Shown in pieces: positions 9,606 through 19,198 of a DNA stretch of 41,749 bases. Source of the stretch: Cyanobacteria bacterium P01_D01_bin.156. Lineage in GTDB: Bacteria; Cyanobacteriota; Cyanobacteriia; Phormidesmidales; Phormidesmidaceae. The position numbers and the translations under genes were made by a program. The DNA is taken from contig JBCCQQ010000056.1 in the NCBI GenBank assembly GCA_039024555.1, positions 1 through 41,749 on the forward strand, read 5' to 3'. Numbering within the stretch: position 1 is the first letter of the stretch; each line of letters begins with the position of its first letter. The notes below the pieces were generated by a model. That model searched no databases. It saw only the letters and a program-made list of their open reading frames with translations, and was not told the DNA's origin.

Positions 9606-10601
9606 ATGCGTTTCCCCTCTGTCTGGCCATTGAACTCAAATCGTTTACCTAAAATCTTACCGATAGTCTTAGCGCTGCTGTGCTTTAGTTGTAGTAAAAG
9701 CACGGCTCCCACGATATCTGCTGCAGAAGAAAATGGACCACTAGCATCTGCCGAAGCGAGTGAACTTGCAACAGGAGACCCTGTTTACTTTGGAGTATTG
9801 GCCATTGATAGCGCAGTTTCAGTGACTGAGCGCTACAGGGCTTTTATGGACTACTTATCCCAAGAACTTGGTCGCCCAGTTGAGTTAGTCATTCTTTCCC
9901 AAGAAGATCAATTTACAAAGGTGGCTGAAGGAGAAATAGATTTTATTACTAGCAACCCCCTGGCCTCTGTACAAGTTCAACGGCTGCATAATACTGAATT
10001 TTTAGTTACCCAAAATCGTCCTAAAACAGGAACACAATTTGGTGGCCTCATTATTGTCAATCGTGATAGCGACATTATAGATGTTGCAGATCTGAAGGAT
10101 AAACGAGCGGCTTGCGTTAATTTCCAAACAGCCGCCGCTGGATGTACGTTTCAGATTTATCATTTACTACAACAAGATTTTGATCCTCACCAAGATTTTA
10201 GTAGTTTTATTGAAAATAAATCTCAGGATAATATTGTTTTAGCCGTCCTCAACGGCGTTATTGATGTTGGATTTATTCGTACTGGACAGCTAGAGAAAAT
10301 GGTTACAAAAGGAATGCTATCCAGTACAGATGAGCTACGAATTATAGATATCGCTGAAGATGGCTTTCAATACCCACACACAACAGATTTATACCCAGAG
10401 TGGTCGGTTGCATCAGCCCCAGGGACCGATGCAACATTAGTACAACAGATGCGCTCAGCTTTGCTGAGTTTACCTGAAGACCATCCGGCATTAGCCAAAA
10501 TGAAGACAGCGGGGTTTGTTGAACCTGTGGACTATGGGCAGCTTAATCAGTTGATTGAGACTCTCAAGTTAAAGACTTGGGACGTTCAAAAAACCAATTA
10601 A
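9606..10601 (+). CDS. Phosphate/phosphonate-binding (PhnD / TtrS-sensor-like) periplasmic lipoprotein
   Basis: Probable ATG at 9606 (the track starts at GTG 9540). A lipobox-like LLCFSC is followed by DYLSQELGRPV, FGGLIIV, QDNIVLAVLNG.IDVGFIRTG and LYPEW. Confidence 0.8.
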   Translation: MRFPSVWPLNSNRLPKILPIVLALLCFSCSKSTAPTISAAEENGPLASAEASELATGDPVYFGVLAIDSAVSVTERYRAFMDYLSQELGRPVELVILSQEDQFTKVAEGEIDFITSNPLASVQVQRLHNTEFLVTQNRPKTGTQFGGLIIVNRDSDIIDVADLKDKRAACVNFQTAAAGCTFQIYHLLQQDFDPHQDFSSFIENKSQDNIVLAVLNGVIDVGFIRTGQLEKMVTKGMLSSTDELRIIDIAEDGFQYPHTTDLYPEWSVASAPGTDATLVQQMRSALLSLPEDHPALAKMKTAGFVEPVDYGQLNQLIETLKLKTWDVQKTN

Positions 10602-10748
10602 AAACGGGCTTTGCTGATCCTTAGAACGATTTTAGCTGTTCAATCAAGGCACCTGATAAGTTCCACAGATCGTTTCATCCCCTGAATCAGCAACGGCAAA
10701 AGACAAAAATATCTTGGTGTAAGGATTAGCTTACAATAATTCAGGTGA

Positions 10749-13148
10749 ATGAAGACTTTAAAGAAACGTATATTAGAACAATTTAAGCGTAGTATTGCAC
10801 TGCGCTACTTAATGGTAGCAAGCTCATTTGTGCTGTCTGTACAACTAGTATCCAGTCTGTGGCAGATTAGCCGCAATCAGTCACAACAGATGACTGATTT
10901 GCACAATCGTGTGGAAAACCAAGCCGATTTTTTACGTAAGGTAACCCCTGAAGCTATTTTACAGCTTGATTTTTTGGCACTAGAGACATTGATGCAGGAG
11001 GAAACAGACTCCAACGATGTTGTTTACAGCGTAATCTTAAATCCAGATGGTGAGGAGTTACTGACCCGCTATTTAAATGCTCAAAACCCTCTTATCAAGA
11101 CCACTGCTGCCCAAGCCGGTATCCCCTTGGAGCAGACAAAAAAGGTGATCGAAACAGTAGATGAGCTGCCCTATGTACAGCATGTGCAGTTACCCATTGA
11201 GTCTGCTGGAGAAACATTGGGGCAGGTTCGCATAGGTTACTCTACCAAACGTGTACATTCAGAAACTGTTAAAGCAGCAATCAATAGTATTCTGACAGCA
11301 TGTCTGGTAAGCCTGTTATTGGCAGGGCTGACCATTGTGTTATTTAATCGTCAAGTGTATGTGCCCCTAAAGGCGCTGAAAAAATTTGCTAATGGGTTTG
11401 AAGAAGGCAATTTAGATCAGCGTATTCAAATTATCTATCCAGACGAGATTGGACAAGTGGGTACCGCCCTAAATCACATGGCCGATCAACTTCAAGGGTA
11501 TCTGCTTGGGTTATCTGAGGCGCGTGACCAGGCCATGGCCGCCAGTCAGGCTAAGGGAGAATTTCTAGCCAATATGAGTCATGAAATTCGCACCCCCATG
11601 AATGGCATTATCGGCATGACAGAACTGTTACTAGCGACTAATTTGAACCCAGAGCAGCGTAACTTTGCTGAAACAGTTCAGGGCTGTAGTAACTCGCTAT
11701 TGACAGTCATCAACGATATTTTAGATTTCTCTAAAATTGAGTCAAATAAGTTAGATATTGAATATGCACCATTTAATTTACGCAACTGTATCGAAGATGC
11801 ACTGGAACTTTTAGCCCCCAAAGCCGCAGATAAACAATTAGAACTTTGCTGTGTAATTGCCCCAGAGACACCTAATTGTTTGCTGGGTGATGTCACTCGA
11901 CTACGACAAATTTTAGTGAATTTGTTAGGTAATGCAGTGAAATTTACCCACGCAGGTGAGGTAGTTGTAAAAGTTCATGCTACCGAGGCCGAGGCTCAAG
12001 GGCATTCAACAGATAATAGCTACACAACCGTCCATTTCTCAGTTCAAGATACCGGTATTGGTATCGCTGAAGAAAAAATGAGTCGACTATTTGAGTCATT
12101 TAGTCAAGCTGACTCCTCAATTACTCGTCAGTATGGTGGTACAGGTTTAGGCTTAACCATTAGCAAAAAACTGTGCCACCTCATGGGAGGTACCATGACA
12201 GTGAGTAGTGTGACAGGTGAAGGTTCCTGTTTCTCATTCTCCATTGTTGCCCAGGTACTACCTCAAACAGAAGCAACACCGCAGGTACGAGCTAATGACA
12301 ATGCCATAATGGGCAAACGATTATTGATTGTCGATGATAATGCAACGAATCGAGATGTTGTCATGTTGCAAACTCAGTCATGGGGGATGGTGCCAGTCGC
12401 AGTGCAATCTGGCTATGAAGCCTTAGGTCTCTTAAGCTGTCAATCTGATTTTGATGCGATTGTTCTCGATATGCAGATGCCCCATATGGATGGCTTAACT
12501 CTAGCTCGCAAAATTCGCTCAGGATCCTCCTACGGTCAACAGGTACCGCTAATCATGCTGACATCCATGGGGCGGCCATCAGAGGATGTACTGCAGGATA
12601 TTAATTTCGCTGCTTTTCTGAGTAAGCCTATCCGACAGGCTCATTTTTATGAGGTGCTGACCCAGGTGTTTGCGACGGAGGCTAAGCCTGTGACAACATC
12701 TGTGCCCAGCATTGCTCCTGTTGTTGAAACTAAGCTGGGGCAAACCCATCCTCTTAGAATTTTGGTAGCAGAAGATAATAAAGTGAATCAAATGTTGGCT
12801 AAACAGTGGCTGAACAAACTGGGGTATCAAGCAGACCTAGTCAGTGATGGCAGTGAGGTGCTGGAGCGCCTAGAGCAACAATCTTACGATGTTATTTTGA
12901 TGGATGTACAGATGCCTACAATGGACGGCATCACCGCAACTACAAAAATCCGTGAACAGTGGACTGAATCCCAGCGTCCCTACATCGTTGCCTTAACGGC
13001 TAATGCGATGAAAGGCGATCGAGAACGGTTTCTGGCCCATGGGATGGATGATTATCTTAGTAAACCCTTTGTCCTCAAAGATCTTGTAGAAACGCTCAAA
13101 CGAGTTCCTCAAGAATCTAAAATGCTTGAGGTCCATACTCTCCAATAG
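10749..13148 (+). CDS. Hybrid sensor histidine kinase (2 TM, periplasmic domain, HAMP, HisKA, HATPase, two REC domains)
   Basis: [38 protein letters not shown], and two receivers (LDMQMP and MDVQMP). Confidence 0.95.
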   Translation: MKTLKKRILEQFKRSIALRYLMVASSFVLSVQLVSSLWQISRNQSQQMTDLHNRVENQADFLRKVTPEAILQLDFLALETLMQEETDSNDVVYSVILNPDGEELLTRYLNAQNPLIKTTAAQAGIPLEQTKKVIETVDELPYVQHVQLPIESAGETLGQVRIGYSTKRVHSETVKAAINSILTACLVSLLLAGLTIVLFNRQVYVPLKALKKFANGFEEGNLDQRIQIIYPDEIGQVGTALNHMADQLQGYLLGLSEARDQAMAASQAKGEFLANMSHEIRTPMNGIIGMTELLLATNLNPEQRNFAETVQGCSNSLLTVINDILDFSKIESNKLDIEYAPFNLRNCIEDALELLAPKAADKQLELCCVIAPETPNCLLGDVTRLRQILVNLLGNAVKFTHAGEVVVKVHATEAEAQGHSTDNSYTTVHFSVQDTGIGIAEEKMSRLFESFSQADSSITRQYGGTGLGLTISKKLCHLMGGTMTVSSVTGEGSCFSFSIVAQVLPQTEATPQVRANDNAIMGKRLLIVDDNATNRDVVMLQTQSWGMVPVAVQSGYEALGLLSCQSDFDAIVLDMQMPHMDGLTLARKIRSGSSYGQQVPLIMLTSMGRPSEDVLQDINFAAFLSKPIRQAHFYEVLTQVFATEAKPVTTSVPSIAPVVETKLGQTHPLRILVAEDNKVNQMLAKQWLNKLGYQADLVSDGSEVLERLEQQSYDVILMDVQMPTMDGITATTKIREQWTESQRPYIVALTANAMKGDRERFLAHGMDDYLSKPFVLKDLVETLKRVPQESKMLEVHTLQ

Positions 13149-13172
13149 TCGGCAGACATTACATAACGTCTC

Positions 13173-13197
13173 TTGAGAGTCTTTACATTACTCTCAA
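13173..13197. terminator. Possible hairpin terminator between convergent genes
   Basis: TTGAGAGT-N9-ACTCTCAA forms an 8-bp stem between the kinase stop and the stop of the small membrane protein gene. Confidence 0.35.
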
Positions 13198-13198
13198 A

Positions 13199-13513
13199 CT
13201 ACGCACTGCGCTTGGGGCCTTCAAAACCAACGTTAGATTTAGGGCGCTCATAAACTCCTAGTTTTTTAAAAAAGTGTCGACAGGTCGCTGCAATTAGCCA
13301 CGCCCCTATCACCGTAGGAATCATAAAGATGATAAAGGTTAGCCTGGGAGAATACTGGCCTTCGAGGACTTTTGCTTGCCAGATAATAATGGATCTTGCA
13401 GGGCCTGTTTCAGTGGATACCCAATGTATAATTACGGCCATGCAACAACTTAAAAAACCGAGGGGTAAAAAACAGCCAAGGTTTTGTAGCCAGTCTTTTA
13501 GGATTGGATGCAT
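13199..13513 (-). CDS. Small hypothetical membrane protein (about 104 aa, 2 TM)
   Basis: ATG at 13513 (MHPILKDW...), two hydrophobic segments and a basic tail. No recognisable family. Confidence 0.5.
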   Translation of the reverse strand: MHPILKDWLQNLGCFLPLGFLSCCMAVIIHWVSTETGPARSIIIWQAKVLEGQYSPRLTFIIFMIPTVIGAWLIAATCRHFFKKLGVYERPKSNVGFEGPKRSA

Positions 13514-13914
13514 GGTTATAACAAGACATAGACGGCACAAGTCCACAACACGGATGAAGAGACTCTATACCTACAACCTTCTTTTTAACGGTCTTTAGAT
13601 CCAGAAGATTAAACGCAGCGTCTTCTACTGCATACAAGACTTCTGTTATGGATGTATAATCCATAACTATTTTGTTATTTCAAAAAATGCTGACATACGG
13701 CCTACACCTTGCTCTGCAAGGCTTTCCTCCATTGAGTCAACTAAGATAAGCTTTTGTGAGTATCAGTAAAATCTTGTTGAAGACAGTAGCTGATGCCGTA
13801 ATGGCACTTGATGAGTTCAATAGCTACCTCTCTCATCAAATGTTATCCATTTAGAATATCTATGGCCGTTAAGGTGTGCCAATTACTAAAACGGCCCCCT
13901 TAATTTAGCGACCA

Positions 13915-14556
13915 TTAGGCCAAAGCTGCCGATTGCCAATGGGTAAAAATGTGGGTGCCCTGTACCCGCAGTGTGCAGGACTCTAGGTCAAAAATCATCG
14001 GCTCGTATTTAGGGTTGGCAGCTTCTAAAACCACCACAGATTCTTTTTGGTAAAAGTGCTTTAAGGTAGCTCCTTGACCTTCCACGTAGACAGCAACAAT
14101 CTCACCCGGCTTAGGACGATAGTCATCGGACACTGGGCGAATGCCCACATAGGCGCCGTCAGGGATACCGGCTCCCACCATACTGTCTCCTGAAATTTTT
14201 AGTACATAGTCCTTAGGTTTGCGACCGCTGTACTCAATATTGAGATAGTCATTGGTGGCCGTGGCCGGATCATGACAGTAGCCTGCAGCAATTTCACCGC
14301 GAATTGGTAATCCTTCAGGAACGGTATCTGGATAGGGGGCATCTACCTCAAAATTAATCAGCTTGATGCCACGGGAGGTGCGTTTACGGCGAGTAATATA
14401 TTGATTTTTTTCTAGCCACTTGAGGCTATTTTGAATGCTGCCATGGGACCGCTCGGTAGCAGTGATAATTTCACGTACCGTAGGACTCGTCTGATGTTTA
14501 CGCCAATAAGCATCAATAAAACTAAGTACGATTCCGTGGGGTTTGCGGACAGCCAT
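13915..14556 (-). CDS. lexA: LexA-family repressor (divergent paralogue) with intact S24 autoprotease
   Basis: N-terminal wHTH (SPTVREI...SRGIKL), Ala-Gly cleavage site IAAG, catalytic Ser in GDSM and catalytic Lys in ATLKHF. Confidence 0.85.
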   Translation of the reverse strand: MAVRKPHGIVLSFIDAYWRKHQTSPTVREIITATERSHGSIQNSLKWLEKNQYITRRKRTSRGIKLINFEVDAPYPDTVPEGLPIRGEIAAGYCHDPATATNDYLNIEYSGRKPKDYVLKISGDSMVGAGIPDGAYVGIRPVSDDYRPKPGEIVAVYVEGQGATLKHFYQKESVVVLEAANPKYEPMIFDLESCTLRVQGTHIFTHWQSAALA

Positions 14557-14582
14557 AGGTCAACACTTATAGTACGCATGCA

Positions 14583-14604
14583 TTATAGTTCAATTGAACT
14601 ATAA
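14583..14604. promoter_or_regulatory. Perfect 22-bp palindrome, putative LexA-paralogue autoregulatory operator overlapping a TATAAT -10 box
   Basis: TTATAGTTCAATTGAACTATAA lies 26 bp upstream of the lexA ATG. A minus-strand TATAAT at 14582-14587 overlaps it. Confidence 0.65.
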
Positions 14605-14648
14605 ACGCCTAGGGGGCTGTAAATTTATTTGTTGCGAGTCGATGGCTA

Positions 14649-15029
14649 CTACGAAGAACGCCTCTTTTCAATACATACGGGTAGCAGCTGGCATCCCGCA
14701 ATGCGCCAGGTATCGTCTGACTGCTGCTGCATAATATAAAGCGCCCGTATTAACGAGCCCCCTTGGGACATCAGCATAATTTGTAGAGTGGGATGCTGTT
14801 GAATATAGATGATGCCTTCAAAAATAACTGCTCGAGGATTGTAAACAGGGTGGTAATGGTCGCGGACCATTTCCATAAAGGCATGGGGCTGCCGTAGCTG
14901 TTGCTGCAATGTTGGACTGGCAAGGGAAAATGCAGTGCGAGCATCGTTATCCTGAAATGCCTGAAGCTGTCGTTCGACAACACTGCGAATTGCGCGTTCG
15001 TTTTGAGGTGACAAGTTTTTTCTATACAC
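14649..15029 (-). CDS. DUF4864-like small protein
   Basis: IRSVVERQLQAFQ.DDA..AFSLASP.LQ...FM.MVR..Y.PV..PR and Y.MQQQ.D.TWRI.GC pattern; GTG start. Confidence 0.8.
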   Translation of the reverse strand: MYRKNLSPQNERAIRSVVERQLQAFQDNDARTAFSLASPTLQQQLRQPHAFMEMVRDHYHPVYNPRAVIFEGIIYIQQHPTLQIMLMSQGGSLIRALYIMQQQSDDTWRIAGCQLLPVCIEKRRSS

Positions 15030-15310
15030 AATTTTTAGCTTAAAGCTGTTAAGCAGTGGCTAAGTTTAACGGTTCATTCTCCTTATGGAGAAACACGCGC
15101 TGTCCCTTGATAGGTTGTAGGCACCTGAAGGGAGCGTTAGCAACTATTGAATTCAACATGACGTAATTGACTGCTGAAGATTTTGAGCCATTGCTGTTGA
15201 TTTAGGTCCCCGCTTGTTCAATAGACAACTTACAGACCTTGGCATCAGGATAGTTTCCTGGGCTGATAGAACCACTATCCTGGTAGCCTTGACTGGGAGT
15301 CGCTGTTTGA

Positions 15311-16297
15311 ATGCTCATGCCCGCCATCGAGGTAAAACATCTAACAAAGGTTTATCCGGTTGCCATTAAACAACCAGGGCTTGCAGGCACCTTGCGTCAT
15401 TTCTTTCAGCGTGAATATCGTCAGGTGAAGGCCGTCAGTGACGTCTCCTTTAGCATTCAGCCAGGGGAGGTAGTAGGTTTTTTGGGACCCAATGGTGCCG
15501 GTAAGACCACGACACTCAAAATGCTCACCGGCCTCATCTATCCATCATCCGGTCAGATCACTGTGGCTGGCCGCACACCCTTTCAACGGCAGCGGTCTTT
15601 TTTAGAGCAAATTACCCTAGTGATGGGGCAAAAGCAGCAGCTGATTTGGGATTTGCCCACGTTAGATTCCCTGCGCATTAACGGAGCAATTTACGATCTC
15701 TCAACCCAGGAGCTGCGGCAGCGTATCCATGAGCTGGCAGATATGCTCGATATTGAGGACAAGCTGACCCAACCCGTGCGTAAACTGTCGTTGGGAGAGC
15801 GGATGAAAGCAGAAATGTTGGCAGCTCTACTGCACCGTCCAAAGGTTTTATTTTTAGATGAGCCAACATTAGGGCTGGATGTCAATGCCCAAATGGCGGT
15901 GCGTAGTTTTTTACAAACCTACAATCAGCGCTATCAAGCAACCATTGTACTGACCAGCCACTACATGGCAGATATTACGGCACTGTGCGATCGCGTTTTA
16001 CTAATTTATCAAGGGCAGCTGATCTACGACGGCTCTCTAGATCAACTCGTGGAACAGTTTGCCCCCTATCGAGAAGTCACCGCCGACCTAGCCACCGAAA
16101 TATCTGCAGACGTACTAGCAACCTACGGAGAAGTACAGTCTATTGACGGCTGTAAAGTGGTACTCCTTGTGCGACGAGAAAACCTAACCAAAACAGTATC
16201 CCAAGCCCTAGCTCAGTTACCCGTCATCGACCTTACCGTTACCGACCCACCCATTGAAGACGTGATTGGTCGTGTATTTGATGCCGGCAGCGTTTAG
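15311..16297 (+). CDS. ABC transporter ATP-binding protein (ABC-2 / COG4586-like)
   Basis: Walker A GPNGAGKTT, signature LSLGERMK, Walker B LFLDEPT and H-loop TSHYM. Confidence 0.93.
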   Translation: MLMPAIEVKHLTKVYPVAIKQPGLAGTLRHFFQREYRQVKAVSDVSFSIQPGEVVGFLGPNGAGKTTTLKMLTGLIYPSSGQITVAGRTPFQRQRSFLEQITLVMGQKQQLIWDLPTLDSLRINGAIYDLSTQELRQRIHELADMLDIEDKLTQPVRKLSLGERMKAEMLAALLHRPKVLFLDEPTLGLDVNAQMAVRSFLQTYNQRYQATIVLTSHYMADITALCDRVLLIYQGQLIYDGSLDQLVEQFAPYREVTADLATEISADVLATYGEVQSIDGCKVVLLVRRENLTKTVSQALAQLPVIDLTVTDPPIEDVIGRVFDAGSV

Positions 16298-16875
16298 CTG
16301 TTGATAAACGGCGTACCCCAGAATTTCCAATTTTCCTTATTAAAAGGGGAGCGCCACTTACATATCAGAGCGGATTCTACCTTTTGACGGGGACGACGCT
16401 CATCGGGGGCCTGTCGCCAAAAAGCAATCCCCAATTGACTATCCAGATGGTGATGGTAGTGGGCCTGACGATAGTTCATCAAGTAGCGTTTGCAGTCGTG
16501 CTCCCCTTTCCACCGCTGGTTTGACTTTACTGTTTCGCCAACATAAAGCAGTAAGTCATTGTGATAGTCAATGACAAAATAAAGCGCGGCCACCCCCACA
16601 TCACTCACCTGCCATCGCCAAAATTCCGTATTTTGTTGAGGCAACTCAAAAGGATCAATAGCATCAGCCGGATCAGGAAGCGTGTCGAACAGGCTCGCCT
16701 GCTCCATGACGGGGGAGACTTTAACAGTTTTCTGAAAAGTCGAAATTTTTGTCTTCCAGGCTACTAATTCCCGGTAGCCAAGGTCAGTTTTAGGAGTTAA
16801 ATTCTGGAATCGGGACTGACTAATAGCCTGCTGGGTCTCCTCACTCAAGAGGGAAGTTTGTTTTCGAGAACCCAT
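16294..16875 (-). CDS. GIY-YIG nuclease family protein (cyanobacterial type)
   Basis: ALYFVID...LLYVGET...RWKGEHDCKRY, E..LI..W..PFN. Likely start is the ATG at 16875 (MGSRKQ). Confidence 0.75.
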   Translation of the reverse strand: MGSRKQTSLLSEETQQAISQSRFQNLTPKTDLGYRELVAWKTKISTFQKTVKVSPVMEQASLFDTLPDPADAIDPFELPQQNTEFWRWQVSDVGVAALYFVIDYHNDLLLYVGETVKSNQRWKGEHDCKRYLMNYRQAHYHHHLDSQLGIAFWRQAPDERRPRQKVESALICKWRSPFNKENWKFWGTPFINS

Positions 16876-17360
16876 GGGTATGAAGTATAAAACGCTAGAT
16901 ATGGAGTAATCGTGATGCCTTTCCAGCAATCATACCCCTCTATCTAGTATCAAGAATACCTGCTTTACAAGTCTGATCACAGCGTAGAACCCCGTAGAAA
17001 TACGCTGATTTTATTGAACACGCCATAGCCAGCGTCTTTTCCGTAAGACCACCCACAGCAAAATGCCGTAGCCGGACATTAAATTATGAAGACTCCTGCT
17101 TAACCTGGGACGAATTTGTATTGATTGTGTAGACCCATGCCTTTACACACATCAGGTTTGATTTTTGTTGCTTAAAATTTGATTGAGCGGAGGGTGACTG
17201 CCGAAGAAGTATCGAAACTACATATCGTCGGTCCCTTCTTTACTCGTTAGCTCAACGAGTTGGACGACCTATATAGATAATCCGTCTGATTAAACTTCTG
17301 GGTAATCTAGAAGTTGCCCGGCGATTATGACAGTCTTTTGTAAATATTGTTATTAGTTTT

Positions 17361-18350
17361 ATGGTCGATAGTATTAAGGCGTCTTCTCCTGCGTCAGCCC
17401 TAGTCCAATCGGAACTTCAAACCATTCAACTGCCTGCCAGTGTGACTGTAGTTGAAGCGACAGCATTTAAAAAGCAGTGCCAAGATTTATTTGCTGACCA
17501 GTCTGATTTATCTGAACTTGTATTAGATTTTGCGGCGACTCGCTTTATTGACAGCAGCGGCATCGGAGCCCTGGTTATTTGTCACCGTTTGAGTGTTGCC
17601 AGCGGAGTGAGTTTACGACTCGTTAATGTTCCGCCTCAGGTGATGATGGTCTTGTCCCTGACAGAACTCGATAAAGTATTTGATATCACCCTCGCCCAAG
17701 AGAGCCCCTCTAGCTCTGAGGAGCAGGTACTGCCCGAGACCCATCCTTCAGTGAATTCCAAGGCCAAGCGGACGTTGGATATTGTGGGTGGTTTGGTTGG
17801 GCTATTGTTAATGGGCATTGTGTATGTGCCAGTTGCCATCATCATCAAATTAGATGATGGAGGTCCCATATTTTTTGCTCAGACGCGCTGTTCTTGGCTC
17901 GGTAAGCGGTTCAAAATTCGTAAGTTTCGCTCCATGGTGACCGATGCTGAAGCGCGTAAAAACGAGGTGGTTAATCAGGTGGAAGGCCCCTTGTTTAAGA
18001 ATGAGAACGATCCTCGGATTACGAAAATTGGTCGCTTTCTTCGTAAAACTAGCTTGGATGAGTTCCCCCAGTTTTGGAATGTTGTAAAAGGTGAGATGAG
18101 CTTGGTGGGCACTCGTCCGCCAACGCCTGATGAAGTTGAGCAGTACGAAGTGGGTGCGTGGCAGCGTCTAAATGTAAAGCCGGGTATGACAGGCGAATGG
18201 CAGGTCAATGGTCGGTCTAGCATTACCAAGTTTGAGGATGTGATCAAACTGGACCTGCGCTACCAGGAAAACTGGAGTTTCTTCTACGACATCAAGCTGA
18301 TTATCAAGACTGTCCTAGTCTTATTTAGCAAGGATTCTGGAGCTCACTGA
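17361..18350 (+). CDS. STAS (anti-anti-sigma) domain fused to a bacterial sugar transferase (priming phosphoglycosyltransferase)
   Basis: STAS motif LDF...FIDSSGIGAL, then KRTLDI, KFRSM, DPRIT.IGRFLRKTSLDEFPQFWNV.KGEMSLVGTRP and KPGMTG.WQV. Confidence 0.92.
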   Translation: MVDSIKASSPASALVQSELQTIQLPASVTVVEATAFKKQCQDLFADQSDLSELVLDFAATRFIDSSGIGALVICHRLSVASGVSLRLVNVPPQVMMVLSLTELDKVFDITLAQESPSSSEEQVLPETHPSVNSKAKRTLDIVGGLVGLLLMGIVYVPVAIIIKLDDGGPIFFAQTRCSWLGKRFKIRKFRSMVTDAEARKNEVVNQVEGPLFKNENDPRITKIGRFLRKTSLDEFPQFWNVVKGEMSLVGTRPPTPDEVEQYEVGAWQRLNVKPGMTGEWQVNGRSSITKFEDVIKLDLRYQENWSFFYDIKLIIKTVLVLFSKDSGAH

Positions 18351-18375
18351 TGTGCTAAGCTGCACTCTTTGAGTG

Positions 18376-18421
18376 AATAGCAAAAGAGTCAGGCAGCATG
18401 CTGCCTGACTCTTTTGCTATT
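18376..18421. terminator. Bidirectional rho-independent terminator (perfect 46-bp palindrome)
   Basis: AATAGCAAAAGAGTCAGGCAGCATGCTGCCTGACTCTTTTGCTATT lies between convergent genes and has T-tracts on both strands. Confidence 0.85.
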
Positions 18422-18444
18422 GAGATTCAATATTGAGGATGGCG

Positions 18445-18846
18445 CTAGCCTACTTCAACTTGGCTAGTGTCAACAGCAGTAGCCCCTTCAACATCCTTAG
18501 CAACAGCGACCATTTTGTCGAGGATTGCCTGGGTGGGCACTTTGCCCTTCAGCACAACTTTGCTGCTGAGCTGAGCAACCCATAGGGTTTCAACATCATC
18601 GAGTTGAGAATCTTCGTCAAAAGCAAGGGTGACACGCTTAGCCAAACCGCTTTCGTCAAATTCACCCGTTAGGCCAATTTTACATAGAGGAATTTCCTCT
18701 TCTTCAGGCGCATTGTTAGCGGCAGCGGCAGTGGGAGCAGCAGCAGTAGTTTTGGGAGCTGCTTTTTTCGCACCGGGGCGACGACCAGCTTTAGTACTGG
18801 CACCCGCAGGCTTATCCTGCTTGAAAATACGCTTTAGAAAACCCAT
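18445..18846 (-). CDS. BON-domain (phospholipid-binding) protein, cyanobacterial type
   Basis: Amphipathic MGFLKRIFK start, Ala/Lys/Pro linker, then GEFDESGLAKRV.LAFD...VVLKGKV...V.GA..VDTSQV. Confidence 0.85.
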   Translation of the reverse strand: MGFLKRIFKQDKPAGASTKAGRRPGAKKAAPKTTAAAPTAAAANNAPEEEEIPLCKIGLTGEFDESGLAKRVTLAFDEDSQLDDVETLWVAQLSSKVVLKGKVPTQAILDKMVAVAKDVEGATAVDTSQVEVG

Positions 18847-19198
18847 GAAAACTTCCTACGTGAATACCACAGTGAGTAGAACAGACGTGCCACTCAATCA
18901 ATAGAGTAGCGGTGGAGTTCTGATTCCATCCACATCTTCAGAAACAAATAATTTTGATGGCGTATTTCTCTGCGACGAATAGCAGATTTTAGTCATACAA
19001 AGTGATGACATCAGCAAGGCCATCGCCTGCTGACATCTGTAATTCCTAAGAATCGGAAATTCAGTCCTTCAAGGCTGCGTTCCTTGAATATTTAGACGGG
19101 CTGCACCTAAATTAACGATGAAACAAGTTTTCTCGATGCTAAAGCTGACGTTGAAGGACTTGCTATAGTCTGAAGACATTGGCGCGGCAGGGCAAACC

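Noticed and set aside
13915..14556. LexA-like gene as a prophage repressor
   Set aside because: It has a winged-helix LexA-type N-terminus, and no integrase, cro or phage structural genes are nearby.
16294..16875. GIY-YIG gene as a homing endonuclease or mobile intron
   Set aside because: It is free-standing with no interrupted host gene, and it resembles a conserved cyanobacterial family.
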